DNA of 62,934 nt, counting the filler, from Phoronis australis (Eukaryota; Animalia; Phoronida): assembly GCA_002633005.1 (NCBI GenBank). It is 7 parts of 7 records of this genome, joined end to end, with 100 filler letters (N's around TTAATTAATTAA, not from the genome) between each part and the next. Parts side by side here need not be neighbours in the genome. Positions count along the whole stretch, not along the records: positions 3,063 to 34,948 come from NMRA01000099.1; positions 35,049 to 47,072 come from NMRA01000059.1; 5 more parts are not named here. One strand, given 5' to 3'. Below the pieces are notes generated by a model. The model was given only the letters and a program-made list of their open reading frames with translations. It was not told where the DNA came from and searched no databases. Positions 23,671 through 35,966 of this stretch are shown here, in pieces. Made by a program: the position numbers and the translations under genes. Each line of letters opens with the position of its first letter. Position 1 is the stretch's first letter.

Positions 23671-24816
23671 TTACACGTGGTAGTCGTTGATACGTGCGTG
23701 ATTGAGGCGCTCTTCAGAGGATGAGGCCAAAGTCGTTCCGTTTTCTGCGTGTATCGATTTTGTCAACAAAATGCTTTGTTTTGCAGCGTCCGAACTTTGA
23801 ATAGGAGGGCTGGCCTTTTGACTGATGATATGGAGACGTGCCAAATAAGACAGTAGTATTGCTCTGAATTTTCTGTTAAAGATGCAGTAAACGACGAAAT
23901 TCAACGAGTGCTCGAGAACGACAATGAGTGTCGCCACTAGTTTTGAGATGTAGTAGGACGTTGTCTCGGTGGCTTCCTTGCCGAAGATTTCGCTAAAAAT
24001 GGCGCGGCTAATGAACGTGGCCGGAATATTGCCGATTATATAGAGGCAGATGATGGCGATGAGCATTTTCGTGAGGCGGTTGTTGTCGCGGATTCTGTAG
24101 AAGTTGGAAATGTTCTGAGCCGCCCCTCGCCGTTGTCGGTTGGATGACATAACGTAACGAATGAGCAGGATGTTTAGAATAGTCAACACAAGGCACATTC
24201 CTATGGAGAGGACAATGAGCTGTATCCAAACGAACGTTTTGAAGAACTGACTGGCTCCAAACTCCGTGAATCCAAGACTCAAATCGTCATTGGTTTTGAA
24301 AGCAAAAAATCTCGGCGTGTTGTAAATTATTGAGAAGAGGTAGACGCCAAGGGTCACCTTGCGTGCGTTCGAAGGAGTGCAAATGGTGCTTGCACGTACC
24401 GGAAATGTCACAAATATATACCGTTCTATCGTCAGAGCAACAGTTAAGAGTCCGCTCACTTTGGTCGCCATGGAACCTACTGTGAAATATACTTGATACT
24501 CGTAGACTTTCCAGTCTCGATTGTGCTGATAATGACCTCGCGAGAAACCACTTAAGAAGAATAAAATCAAAGTTAACATATCCGATATGGCGAGTCCCGT
24601 GAGATAGACAAATGGGGACTGGCTGAGGTTTTTGTTGGTTAGAACGACAAGATTGACAATATTGCACAAAACTCCAATCATGCATATAGGTGGAACAATG
24701 TAGCCGTAGACGACTTGGTCGATGATTTCATGATCGCCAGATGGCAGTAGAGACGAGTTCACCAATGAACAAGTTTGATTGGAACCGGTGACGTCACAAT
24801 CGTAGATTGATTCCAT
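23671..24816 (-). CDS. Rhodopsin-class GPCR, FMRFamide/sex-peptide-receptor-like, single coding exon, 381 aa
   Basis: Seven hydrophobic segments; YLTGLAISD (TM2), TIERY (TM3), NFVVYCIFNRKFR (TM7/H8); N-glycosylation sequons NQT and NSS; Kozak atcATGG; splice acceptor tatttacag| 11 nt upstream. Confidence 0.93.
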   Translation of the reverse strand: MESIYDCDVTGSNQTCSLVNSSLLPSGDHEIIDQVVYGYIVPPICMIGVLCNIVNLVVLTNKNLSQSPFVYLTGLAISDMLTLILFFLSGFSRGHYQHNRDWKVYEYQVYFTVGSMATKVSGLLTVALTIERYIFVTFPVRASTICTPSNARKVTLGVYLFSIIYNTPRFFAFKTNDDLSLGFTEFGASQFFKTFVWIQLIVLSIGMCLVLTILNILLIRYVMSSNRQRRGAAQNISNFYRIRDNNRLTKMLIAIICLYIIGNIPATFISRAIFSEIFGKEATETTSYYISKLVATLIVVLEHSLNFVVYCIFNRKFRAILLSYLARLHIISQKASPPIQSSDAAKQSILLTKSIHAENGTTLASSSEERLNHARINDYHV

Positions 24817-27800
24817 GATGTATGCACCTGTAAATAGAAGTGAATTTTTGGATCGAATTTCATTTTTACGAACGTTCTAATTTACAGTATCAAACGTCAC
24901 AAACAGCTGGTCATAGAATAAAGATTTTTGAAACATTTATTCAGTGACGGCTGAATAGTCACAGACAATATAAACAGACAGTAAAACTTAGCTGGGATAA
25001 TTACGAACAATTAATTGATATTATCTCTTTTCCAGTCACTCGCATTCACCATAATAGTTCCAGCCTTCTGCAAACTGAAGAACCATAGGGGTCCATCGAC
25101 TATTGAAAACTTGCAATTGGCATATTTTGGAAAATAAATTTACTACAAAGAATTTATAAGACAGCAATCAAACTCCAGTTTAACTAACTGAAGAATTTCG
25201 CATGCCTATGGACCAGAACAGCAAGAGAAGGGCAAAAACCATAGGGTTGCACGGACGTATTTAGCTTCTTCAAAGTTTGTAGACGATTGGGGTAAAATGT
25301 CCATTCGCTGTCATCATGGTTTTCGTTCAATTTACCTACGCCTGCAAGTGATTGCCCTCTCCCTAATCTCTCTCCTGCATATACACAACGAGCACTTTTT
25401 AGATTTCAGAGCGGATTCAATCCATGCAAGTTAGATGTGAGCACTGTTACAGTTCTCAAACACAGAAGTCACGTCTACTCTCAGTAAGGAACAGGTTGAG
25501 ATCGATTACATTAGGGCATATAATCTAAATTAAAAGTTATTTTTACAGAATACGGGTTCCTAGCATATCAACTTTAATACAAACATGTTTTGATAGAACC
25601 TGTTATGCAACACTCAAAGCAAATGTTAGAAAGTGTACAGGAAATTTCGAAGGAAAACTATCCCGGCGGATATAAGTTAAATTTTAATCTACTAGTGGAG
25701 TATCGATTGTAACAAAAGTAAATTTATTTTTCTCCACATAAACACGTGTCATTACTAAATAGGCGTTTAGTGCAAGCCTGTGACGGAGACCGCTATTCTC
25801 TTATTTGCATGGTTACTCTTATCATTTATTCCTTGAAATACGCCAGAGACTTCTTGGTTTCTCATTAGCGAATTAAAACAAGGCCTGTCAATGAACGAAA
25901 ATGAATTTTTCTGAACGTCCAGGGTCACTGAGCTCGCGGATTTATGCGAAAACAAAAGCAAAACAAAAACACGCTCACGTCAGAAAATCGAAGTGTATTC
26001 TTAGCTCCGAAGAACTTTTGAATTGTTGTTTGAAAAACATTCATGTAATTCTGTTGACACTGATGAGCATTTTAATCATGCTTCATTGTCGTCAAATATC
26101 TCACCGTAAGGGGGCGTTCCGCCGCTGTTTAGCAGCCAGTGTTGCACTCATAACCGAAACGGTTTCGGGTTTAGAAACATTGCAAGGCTAATTCATTCTT
26201 CAACGTTTGCCCAATGAACCCCCCGGCAACTCAACTAGCCACAGACAATGCGTACACGCACCATTTTCGAATTTGACATTTTAGGGTCGGCTAACCCTAA
26301 TGAACTCTGAAGCGTTTTCTCGAGTCGCTGATGGTTTCCAGGGTGTTATTGTTGGTAACGGAAATAGAACCTTATCGCGGTGAGGCATATTATGAGACCG
26401 ACGAGTAAAAGGCCTAATTCGATTTTCGTTTTTAGTTAGATTACCAGAATGAAATGCAGTTTTAACATCTAAAGAGAGTACTTGGATGTTGGCATTGATT
26501 TCTCCGTTATGCGACTCATTTTGCGCGAAATGACTCCCACCTTCAAGGTTAAAATGAACGATTTTATTTTGTAAATGAATCTTCGTTGTTAATAGCAAGA
26601 ATAGAAAATATCTGATAGTATCAGATTTACAGTGTAAAATGTCCTTGGTTTCATGACGTCGAAAAACAGGTAAAATTGACTGCATGCATGAATGCTGTTG
26701 TTGAGGTACGTGAGAAAGGAATCCTGTTAATGGATAAGGAATCGCTATTAATATATGTGAAAAAGAAGTGCGTTAGTATGAACTAAACTGCTGCTGATTA
26801 GAAAACAACTTCAGCTCTCAAGAAAAAGTGCCTAAATGAAAAAAGGGCGCAGTTCATGAGAACGCCCGTGCGGATCGCGAATGATTTAATAGTAGTATTA
26901 ATGGTTTATTGCATCTAACTATTTTACTCAACATTTTTACTTAATTGCTCATCTATAACCTCCTTCTCCAGGCTTCAGCGTACGCTGCTTCGATTTCTCA
27001 GAGATTTTTACGACCGCTTCGATGATGCATGGCGTGCAAGATATTCCAATCAGAGAAACAAATGTTTCTTATAAAAAGCGATCTGAATTATTATAACGAA
27101 GTCTTGAAGGACACAAGTATTGTTATTAAGGAAAGCAAGGTAGAGTGGGAGACTTCAAGAAACAAGGGCTCCGTCTTTCAGTCTCATCACACAGCAACTA
27201 TTTTGTTTTGCTTGAAGGTAAGATCGATAAGTATTTCGAGAGCACAATTCTCCATGTACGAAATTAACTAATGCTTACGTTAGTAGTTTTGTGTGACCGA
27301 AGGTGAACACGTGGTGCGGATGAAAATATTTTTGAGAGAGACGTTTCGAGACTTGGTGCAATATCATACGTTTTTTGATATTAGTATAAGTAGGCGAGCA
27401 TCCGTTTACAGTGAGACTTCCAAAAATCTTTTTTCCTCGTTTGATTTGGACGTACACCAAAAATACAGCTACGCTGACTAGAAGTCTGTAGGATAAGATT
27501 ATGCTGTACATTTTCTGAGAACGATGCACATGGAAAGTGATTCATAAGGGTGCTGCTTACTTAATATCAAAAGTTAGAGGCAGTTCTATGGAGGTAAACA
27601 ATGTGTAGCTTCGTTAGGAAAGCCAGCCTTTGTTGGTAAGTTACTCGACTTCATCTAAGACGAATCACGAGTTAAAAAGAGATTGAAATCGGATAGTCCC
27701 TACAAGGAATTAGTCGCATGACAATGTCGTTGCATGAGTCTGGTTGCTGGGACATGCGCCAACAGCCTTTCGCATTTAAAAATGTCTGCGCACGTTTCCG

Positions 27801-29689
27801 TAATTAACATTCGGGGAGCAATTAACAATTCGATGAACTGAGGGGAAACATGATGAAAAATTCGATTTTAGTAAATAATGAGCAGTTGAGAGAAAATGGT
27901 TGTCGGATTCTGATCGGCAAATCAATTATGTAGATCAGGTGAAACAGAGTCCTTATGTGATTTTAATTGACACGGTTTCAGAAATAATTGCTGACCATGC
28001 CAATTGGAAGTCATTTTGCTGTAACAGACGTGAACAACTTCGTTCAGGGTGATAGTTTCACAGCACGACATTTTGTAAAATTCATTATAATGTTGCGAGC
28101 AGTGTTGCAATTTAGACAATCTGTGAACGACTTTAAAATGATAATACATCGAGCCGTGTCAGTATTCGGCAACTTCAGTGGATATTTTTCTAAATCTGAT
28201 AGTTGACATACTACTTAAAGTCATCGCTTTTTCACTGCCATCCATAACATATCCACATCCATAACATATCCACTTTAGCCATGCCACGTGTGCGAGATAT
28301 CGGCCGCCTCCGTAGTTTGAGGGTAAATCAAAAATCTGAGACACGGTTCGTTGCATGGCACACAGTTGTCCAAAATGAAGTAGCCTGCTGTTTAAAATAG
28401 GTAATTTAGAAATACAAACTCAGAGTAAAAATGGTATTTTTAACAAGTGTCTGTCACATGATTGTTCATAAGTGTGCGACGTTCCAAGCCACGAATTAAG
28501 CAATAATCGAGCATTCAGAAAACATCCACTTTTATGGGTATTTTGATCAAACGTGGAATGCCTTCACGAATGTAGATGATTTCCTTTAACGGCCATTTGG
28601 GGTCGACGGTTACCCCAATGACGATACAATATAAATAATAGTAAAGACATGTACGTTTCAACATTGAGTTCTGACCGCGCATAAATATACGAATTAATGT
28701 GCAGCCACACAACCACTAGTAGCTTTGACAGTCGAGTAGCGAGGGCTACGTTCCATCAAACATTAGTTATGCACTGGCGACGAAAAATCTTCGCATACGG
28801 TACGGAAACAGCGAATTCTATCCCATAATTCAACATTCCAACCTCACCTACCAATCACTTCAGTGGCCGTCATCTCGCAAAACACTCGCCTTTCACTCGC
28901 GTCATTTCGAGTGTACTTGCGTAATCTCGCTTTTTGTCGCAAGAAACTTGATCTACAGAACAGTGTCCCGCACTGCTGTTTGACAATGAGTATTATGCGG
29001 ATAATTTGGTGAGATGAAAGTGGATAAAGGGGGCACAGTGGAAAATATGGATATTGATACACTTGGAGAATGAACTTTAAAAAGGACCCATTTGTAGGGA
29101 GTTTCTGTTATCGGAAAAGGAATTTGTAGAGTTCTGTAAGGATTTGAATCGGAAAGGCTCTTGTGGTTGTGAAAAGGTCCTCTTTACCCCTCCCATGGGA
29201 GNTCCCCCCCCCCCCCCCGAGAAGAAAGGAACAAGGATGAGAAGCCTAGTAGACTTTGACTGCGTACTAATTTAAATTACAGGAGATACAGTTCACTAAA
29301 CGTCTGTCCATCGGAAAATCGTGTTTTTCTATTTGGGTGAATTACAGTTCCCATGTCCACATTAAGTCTCGTGATAGGTGACCGCTCCTGTTCCATTTGA
29401 TCTTGATACCCTAGACGAGGTTTCTACTGGGAAGGCCATCGACTGCGGCTGCAGGCGGTAGTTCAGACCAAACAACGTGAAGTCGTTATGACTTTGATTG
29501 ACTTAATTTCTAGAGTTCACTCAATAAATAAAATGTTATACAACTTCTAATGTCAGTGAATTAGTTTCAGTAATTCCTAGACGCGAAGAACATAAATCCA
29601 GACAGCAACAGTGTATTCCATTTCAATCTACCAGCGTAACACTTCGTTCCTAACTGATCTGGTTTCTGCTTCACAAATTATCAGCAATT

Positions 29690-30230
29690 ACTGGAAAAAC
29701 GATAAGGATGTAACCTCAGAATCTTTGAGAATAATGAAACGGCGGAAGCGTTCACTTGATGCCTTGAATGGGTCCGACGGAGATCTGTACGGCTACCTTC
29801 GTCATTTTCCGCGTTCTCATGAGCAGTTTTATTCTGTGACCCTAATGTTATTCTGCTCTGTCATATAGATTACCTTCGTGGAGTTAACACGTATTTGTCA
29901 CTGCTTATTCTCAAGAAACTCGTGACAGAAAACCCTCAAGCGTAAATTGGCTTGATTAACATTGCGTACTCAATTGCTTCTCACCGGTAATTCCTGGAAA
30001 CGCCTTTTACGCAAAAATATGTGTTTTTAGAATGTGGCTATATCCTCGCATACCACGGGATAAACAACGCTGCCGGTAGTTTTCTGTAAACAGGCCCATC
30101 TTTAAGTGTGCCCAATGGACGTGCAAAAGAAAAATTTTCTGCAGATTAGTACACCCAGGGCGTGCGTTTGGAAAAAATGTGTATGGTTGAATCCTAAAAC
30201 TTTCTTCAATTTCGTAAGAAATGGTATCCA
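29690..30230. pseudogene. Possible highly decayed PIF/Harbinger remnants (transposase N-terminus on +, MADF-like trace on -)
   Basis: Weak traces only: LYGYLRHFP..EQF and KLA..TLR..LLTGNSW resemble Harbinger transposase RLA.TLR.LATG. Confidence 0.3.
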
Positions 30231-31415
30231 AACCGTACGTGCAAGAACAGTCATGCATTGACAACGATTGCGAAGTGATTGTTACATGTACATATTGTTT
30301 CAATTTGCGCGCCGGCGAAAATATTGACACATTCATTCGTGACTTCCAAATCGCTCAGGCGTATGTTAGGACTTGACTTTTGGTCTCTAAATCGTTATTT
30401 CCGAACATACACCCAGAGCGTGTCTGCAGAAAATTCCGGTAATTATCGCAGCCAAGACCCCCAAAGACAAGGGAGCCATGCCAAACAGCCGCCCACCCGG
30501 CCCTTCAAAGTCTCTACCAGTTGACACTCATTTCAATTTTACGTTTGGCTACCCTCATTTCCATTGAAAAGTGTCTCCACGTTGCTACTCATTTCAACCG
30601 TTACTCCCTTGTCGCCAACAATTTCGCGTTTGGCACTCTTGTGGAATTCTTTTTGGCTACCGACGCCAATGGCTCAGACAATCACACTATGATAAGCAGC
30701 CACTGAGCATCTTGTCACATCGTGCTGAGTAAACAAACAGAAAAACGGTGTCGAATAATGGTTTTGAATAAGAAAAACACCAAGACGAGTTCTGATGACA
30801 AGCACGCAACACGAAACTCGTTCAATCTATTTTACACGTTTCACTGCTGTGCGTGAACTTTGGAAATCTTGCTTATTCTCAATATCGCGAATGCGTGAAC
30901 TTAGAATACACGAGGAAACTTGGCAAGGTCACTCAAATAATCACGTTCACGTTGATAAAAATTTGCAGTGCACTAAGTCAAATTACATGTTAATAAAATA
31001 GCATTAATTTTAATCAAACTTTTTTCAACTATTGGCTGGCTATCTCATTCACCAAACAACAATTGATTTAACCATTCTCATATTCCTCTGATTCTTTGAC
31101 ACAAGTTATGGTAAAGGAGATAATAGGCGATTATGAGACCAATAACTACCAACTTCTTTACACTGAACAAAGACGTTCACCTGATTGCCAAAATGAATAT
31201 TCAATTCCAAGTTAACGCATACGCAATCTTGAGATTAAGCAGGATTCCACGTTCACGCACAAGATCACGATTTTTAGTGTAAAGGCTATCATTTTTCACC
31301 GTAGTCGGACCGAAGTAAAAGGCACACATACAGGTAATTGTTGCCAAGAGACATACATTCACGAGCTGAAAAGGCGAAAATGCGTGTTATGTACGTTACT
31401 CAAAGTATAATAAAT

Positions 31416-32286
31416 ATAGATTATTACATGGCGAAGTCGTTATCCCCCGTTATCTAGAGCCCGAGTGGATTTTGGAGAATTATCGCCCGAGGGGCGTTAG
31501 CCCCGAGGGTGATAATTCTCCAAAATCGACGAGGGCTCTAGATAAGGGGGATAACGGCTGAGAACATGTAATAATCTATTTATACCACATACTAAACGAG
31601 AAACATTGCAATGAATCGATTTACCTTTTCTGACTCTCCACGGCTTTGTAACTACTTTCTATGTCAGAGGCCCGGGGTCGGAGGTCGTGACCTTTTAAGA
31701 AAAGCCGGGCTATTTTTGTCAAATAATGCTTTTACTCAAAACCAATTGAAAACTTAAATATAATAGAAATAAACTGAATTTATAAATTAACGTTTACCAA
31801 CTATTATAGCTTAAAACACGATTTTTTCACGCTAAGCTTCGACCGGGAAATTATCGTCTGCTAAAGTAGGTTACCACTGGTAACTGAATATAATTTTCAA
31901 GCCAAAGATCCTGACGACACGATACCCGCATTCAAACTGGAGATCGGTGATTTACAAGTAAGAGGACATGAGAGAAATATTTCATTGAATTAAGATATCA
32001 TTTTTATGGAAATTATGTGTCTTATTTTCCGTAGCGTATACGTACAGTACAATGCGGTTTGTTGAACGTGCGATTATTGCGCGTGCTCATTTAAGTATTC
32101 TATTTTACATTCGATGACGTCAGCTGCTGCGTGGTGTAGTGGTTAAGGTCGGCGACTAGCAAACTCAAGGTCCCGTGTTCGACTCCGTCCTCGGTTTCCC
32201 GCCAAATCATTATCTCACTAGTGAGATAACTATATGGGTTATTACACGGTTGTATCTGCCATTTGACGCCAATATTGTGGTATAAT
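31416..32286. mobile_element. Crypton-like non-autonomous element with a long terminal hairpin
   Basis: Near-perfect inverted repeat 31416-31579 centred on GGGGC-GTTA-GCCCC. TTATACCACA (31580) is inverted as TGTGGTATAA (~32276-32285). Confidence 0.6.
32126..32195 (+). ncRNA. tRNA-derived pseudogene / pol III promoter remnant
   Basis: GTGGTGTAGTGGTTAA A box and GTTCGACTCC B box; acceptor and anticodon stems do not pair. Confidence 0.55.
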
Positions 32287-34948
32287 TATTTATACTTATT
32301 TTTACTTGACGAAATGATATGTGTCCAAGTATGCTGCTTTGTCGTGAAGTTTGTTCTTTCTTATTGTTGGTAAGTATTGTCGGTTTTCGTGGTGGTTTTG
32401 TGTCAGCGACGTGGTCAATATTTTCAGCTTTGCAGTTGTCAGTGCGTCAGTGTTGCGTCAGTGTTGAGGGCGGCGTCGTGTTCGTCATTTTGTTGTCGGT
32501 GTTTTTGACAGCATAGACGGTGTTATCGTTGACAGTGTTGGCAACGATGTCGTGGTTTTTTTTTTGGGGACGTCCTCTGCATGGTCATCGGTGTCATCGG
32601 CATTGTCATCTAAGGTGTCGCTATCTTCGTCTTCGTACTCCATGTTTCAGTCGATTTCGCCAAGTTCCGCTCTGTCAGGGCGCTTAGATTTGCTTTTTCT
32701 CGTCAACCACTTAGTAGTGACATCGGCAAAGATAGGTTTTACCAGCTGACACCGGAAGTCGGTCAACTGTCAACGTTTTATAATTAAAATGAACTATTTA
32801 TAGAACCAAGGAGATAATTGCACGTGTAGTTTGAGCAATCACAAAAGTAAATTGTTTTCCAGTTTTGTATTCTCAACTATAGCTTACGCAAAATGCTCAT
32901 CTTCGCTGTTTTTGAAGACCTAAAACCCTAGTTAACGGTTGCATGAATGGGTCCCAGACAGGGACTCCTTCATAATTTTACTCACCATGGTGAATGTTTC
33001 TATCCCTCCATCATTGTTGTAAGCTCCTTCTTTGGCTGTGGCATTTTCTTAAAACTGGACCCTTATTTCAATGACATGAAAATAAATAGGGACTTAGTCC
33101 TTAAATTAGGAAGCGTTGCATGAAAAGGTCCCTATTTGTTCTATTGAGAATTCAATGACGTAGTGTTTAGTCTCGGTAAGTACCAAAACTAATAATCGAT
33201 TTAGTAATAAAGATAAAATAGCAGAATCACGGACAATCAGTGTTTGCACAAATTCACAAATGCGCTGTAAATTTATGAAAAACATGTTGCGGTCGAGTCC
33301 CACTCTGGGACTTTCCATGCACGTGTCCATAGGCTTCCCGGATACGCTTACATTTGAAATCGGGAAAGGAGTAATTATTTGTGTTCGGCAAGAACGAATC
33401 TGCCAGAATGGCATAATGCAGGTGCTAAAGGCACATTTATTTGTGCACGTTAGTTACTGCGCTTTCTTTCAACTGTTGTTTTGATTCACATTTTGGGTTG
33501 GAATCCTGTGCCATTTTTTGTTTGGGTTTTTAATACTGTTGGTTAACTTACCTAATTGCACATAATGAAACCATAGACCGAATGAACTTCAATGTTTGCT
33601 TTATCGGGAGGATTAACGGCGGAAACGCGAGATTTCGTCTTGACCTAATTAGTGCCGTGTGCGAGTCTTCAAAACTAATTAACCTAATGGAAATTAGTGA
33701 AAATTCCACTTCACTTGTTAAATTACATGCAAGTGCATTGTTGTTGCATTTTTAATTGACAGGCACATGTAGTTACACACCTGTATATGCGGTGAAATTT
33801 CGTGTTCAATGATTGACATCCTTTTAATTGGCCTTTGGACTCAAGGTTGCCGTGAATTATTAAATAAGTAAGATAAAAACATGACTTTCCAATTACGAGA
33901 ATTTTAACTTTTGATCGCATTTTGCGACTGCACTACATTATGAAAACGGTAAGATGAAGACATAACTAATGACTTCTTTATTAAACGACCTGTAGTATTT
34001 TGTTCATTGTTTCTGTTAGTGTAATGCATTATCAAATGAGCTCAAAAACCTAACTGAAGACTTGTTATAGGCTTACGAATTTCCAATCAAAGTTGCGACG
34101 TAGTACATTATCAAATAGGTAAAACAAAAAACTGTTCTCGTGATTTTCCTACTACATTTGATACAATTATACGACGCGCAAGTTTTTTAACCAATACAGT
34201 AGGAAAGTTAACACAACATTAGCTAGGCTAGGGTTCAATCGAACTTTCCTGTTGCGCGGATGTAGAAAATACATTGCACATCTGACCTGCTTTATGAAAT
34301 GTCAGGCACTCCCGAGTTGGTAAAGGAAACACGTCCAGCATTTTGCCCTTATTTTTGTCAGCTGCTTGGCGTTTGCTTTGCAACTCGAAACGCAATACTG
34401 CAGTTTCGTCCGAATTACCACGATGAATTACGTAATCATTCGCTTCTTGGACGGAAAGCGGATTACAGCCGCTTTAACTGTTCATTTTTCCTGTTATGTA
34501 ACGTTTATCTTTTGACCCAATGATCCAATTGTAGGCCATGACCACGATTGTTAATTCAGATGGACTGCGTTGTAAATTGATATGGAATTAGCGAAAATTG
34601 TCTTTCAGATCACACCGATGTGTAATTGATAAATTATTTCTGTGCAACTGTTGGCGTCAGCGATCAGCTTTGAGGGTTGCGCTTCAAAGCTGATGAAACT
34701 GTACTACAAATGGCAGACAATGAGTACGTTGTTTATTGCGCCTTCTTATAGCATACGTTTCTAAACTGTCTTGGTCGACATAAAGATACTACACAGAGAC
34801 TAATTAGACATATTATCAAGAACGATTTGTAAAACATTAGCAGAAGCACTCTGTTCTCGTGTAATATATCATTTGATCGTTTGAATGAGGATATACTGAT
34901 TATTTGTGAAACAGTTAGCAACTAAACGCATGTATGTGGTATTTATTT

Positions 34949-35048
34949 NNNNNNNNNNNNNNNNNNNNNNNNNNNNNNNNNNNNNNNNNNNNTTAATTAA
35001 TTAANNNNNNNNNNNNNNNNNNNNNNNNNNNNNNNNNNNNNNNNNNNN
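34949..35048. other. Artificial contig linker
   Basis: 44N-TTAATTAATTAA-44N. Confidence 0.97.
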
Positions 35049-35245
35049 TGACAGAGCAACATACTTGGCAAAATATAAATATAAATATATAAATATATGG
35101 GTGCATAACAATGTTTAAACGGAAGTCTAATTTATACTTGTGCACATGTGATCTAAACGCAGTAATCAGTGATAAAAGTAAACACCAAAAGACTTTGCAA
35201 TAAATCAAATAATCCACCAAATGACTCATGATTTACACCACCTAT

Positions 35246-35383
35246 TGACCTATATCTCAATATGACCTATATCTCGATATGACCTATATCTCGATATGAC
35301 CTATATCTCAATATGACCTATATCTCGATATGACCTATATCTCACTATAACCTATATCTCAATATGACCTATATCTCAATATG
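35246..35383. repeat. 17-bp minisatellite (TGACCTATATCTCRATA), about 8 copies
   Basis: Direct tandem repeats. Confidence 0.95.
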
Positions 35384-35886
35384 TTTAATCAACTCAAATG
35401 AAAAGAACATATTCTATGATTGCAATGAACAGTGTGTTACTTGATCATCTTCAGTAGTCTCATCCAACAGTCACTGTCTGATGTTTCCAAGAAACTCTTA
35501 TTTGAGCTTACGATTAAAAGGTTGAAATCAATATCATAACATTGGTAAGTGGTATAAATCAAAAGTTAGGTTTTTGGTGCAAGATGGGTTAAAAGCAAGC
35601 AAGTGCAATACACATCTACAGTATTTAAACAAAATGTCTCTGAATTCTCCATTATAACCACTGAGTGGAAGCAGAATTCACTGTCAGTGTTGTCTCCCTT
35701 GATGACCGACAATTAAAAGAATACAAGTACGTAAAGTGGCCAAGCCATTGGGAAATGAGAAGTTAGCCGCCACAATAATCACTATTGCCGTTCATACAAT
35801 TAGACTTCATGATAGAGAACAAATACTTTGTACAATTATGCTCGTCACAAATTGTAGCAATAAAAACAATAAGAAAACAAGGTGAT

Positions 35887-35966
35887 TTGTATGAACATTG
35901 TATGAACATTGTATGGACATTGTATGAACATTGTATGGACATTGTATGAACATTGTATGGACATTG
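35887..35966. repeat. 11-bp minisatellite (TTGTATGRACA), about 7 copies
   Basis: Direct tandem repeats. Confidence 0.95.

Noticed and set aside
24008-24685. Alternative-frame ORFs inside the GPCR
   Set aside because: Out-of-frame overlaps of the real CDS with no independent support
27029-27271. Penelope-like RT start (LKDTSIVIKES)
   Set aside because: Only a few residues match; the expected DKG motif and downstream RT motifs are absent
32126-32195. Functional tRNA gene (also 10653-10715)
   Set aside because: A and B boxes are present but the acceptor and anticodon stems do not pair
32319-32749. Hydrophobic or Ser-rich short ORFs
   Set aside because: Low-complexity GT-rich tract with stops; no domain recognised on either strand
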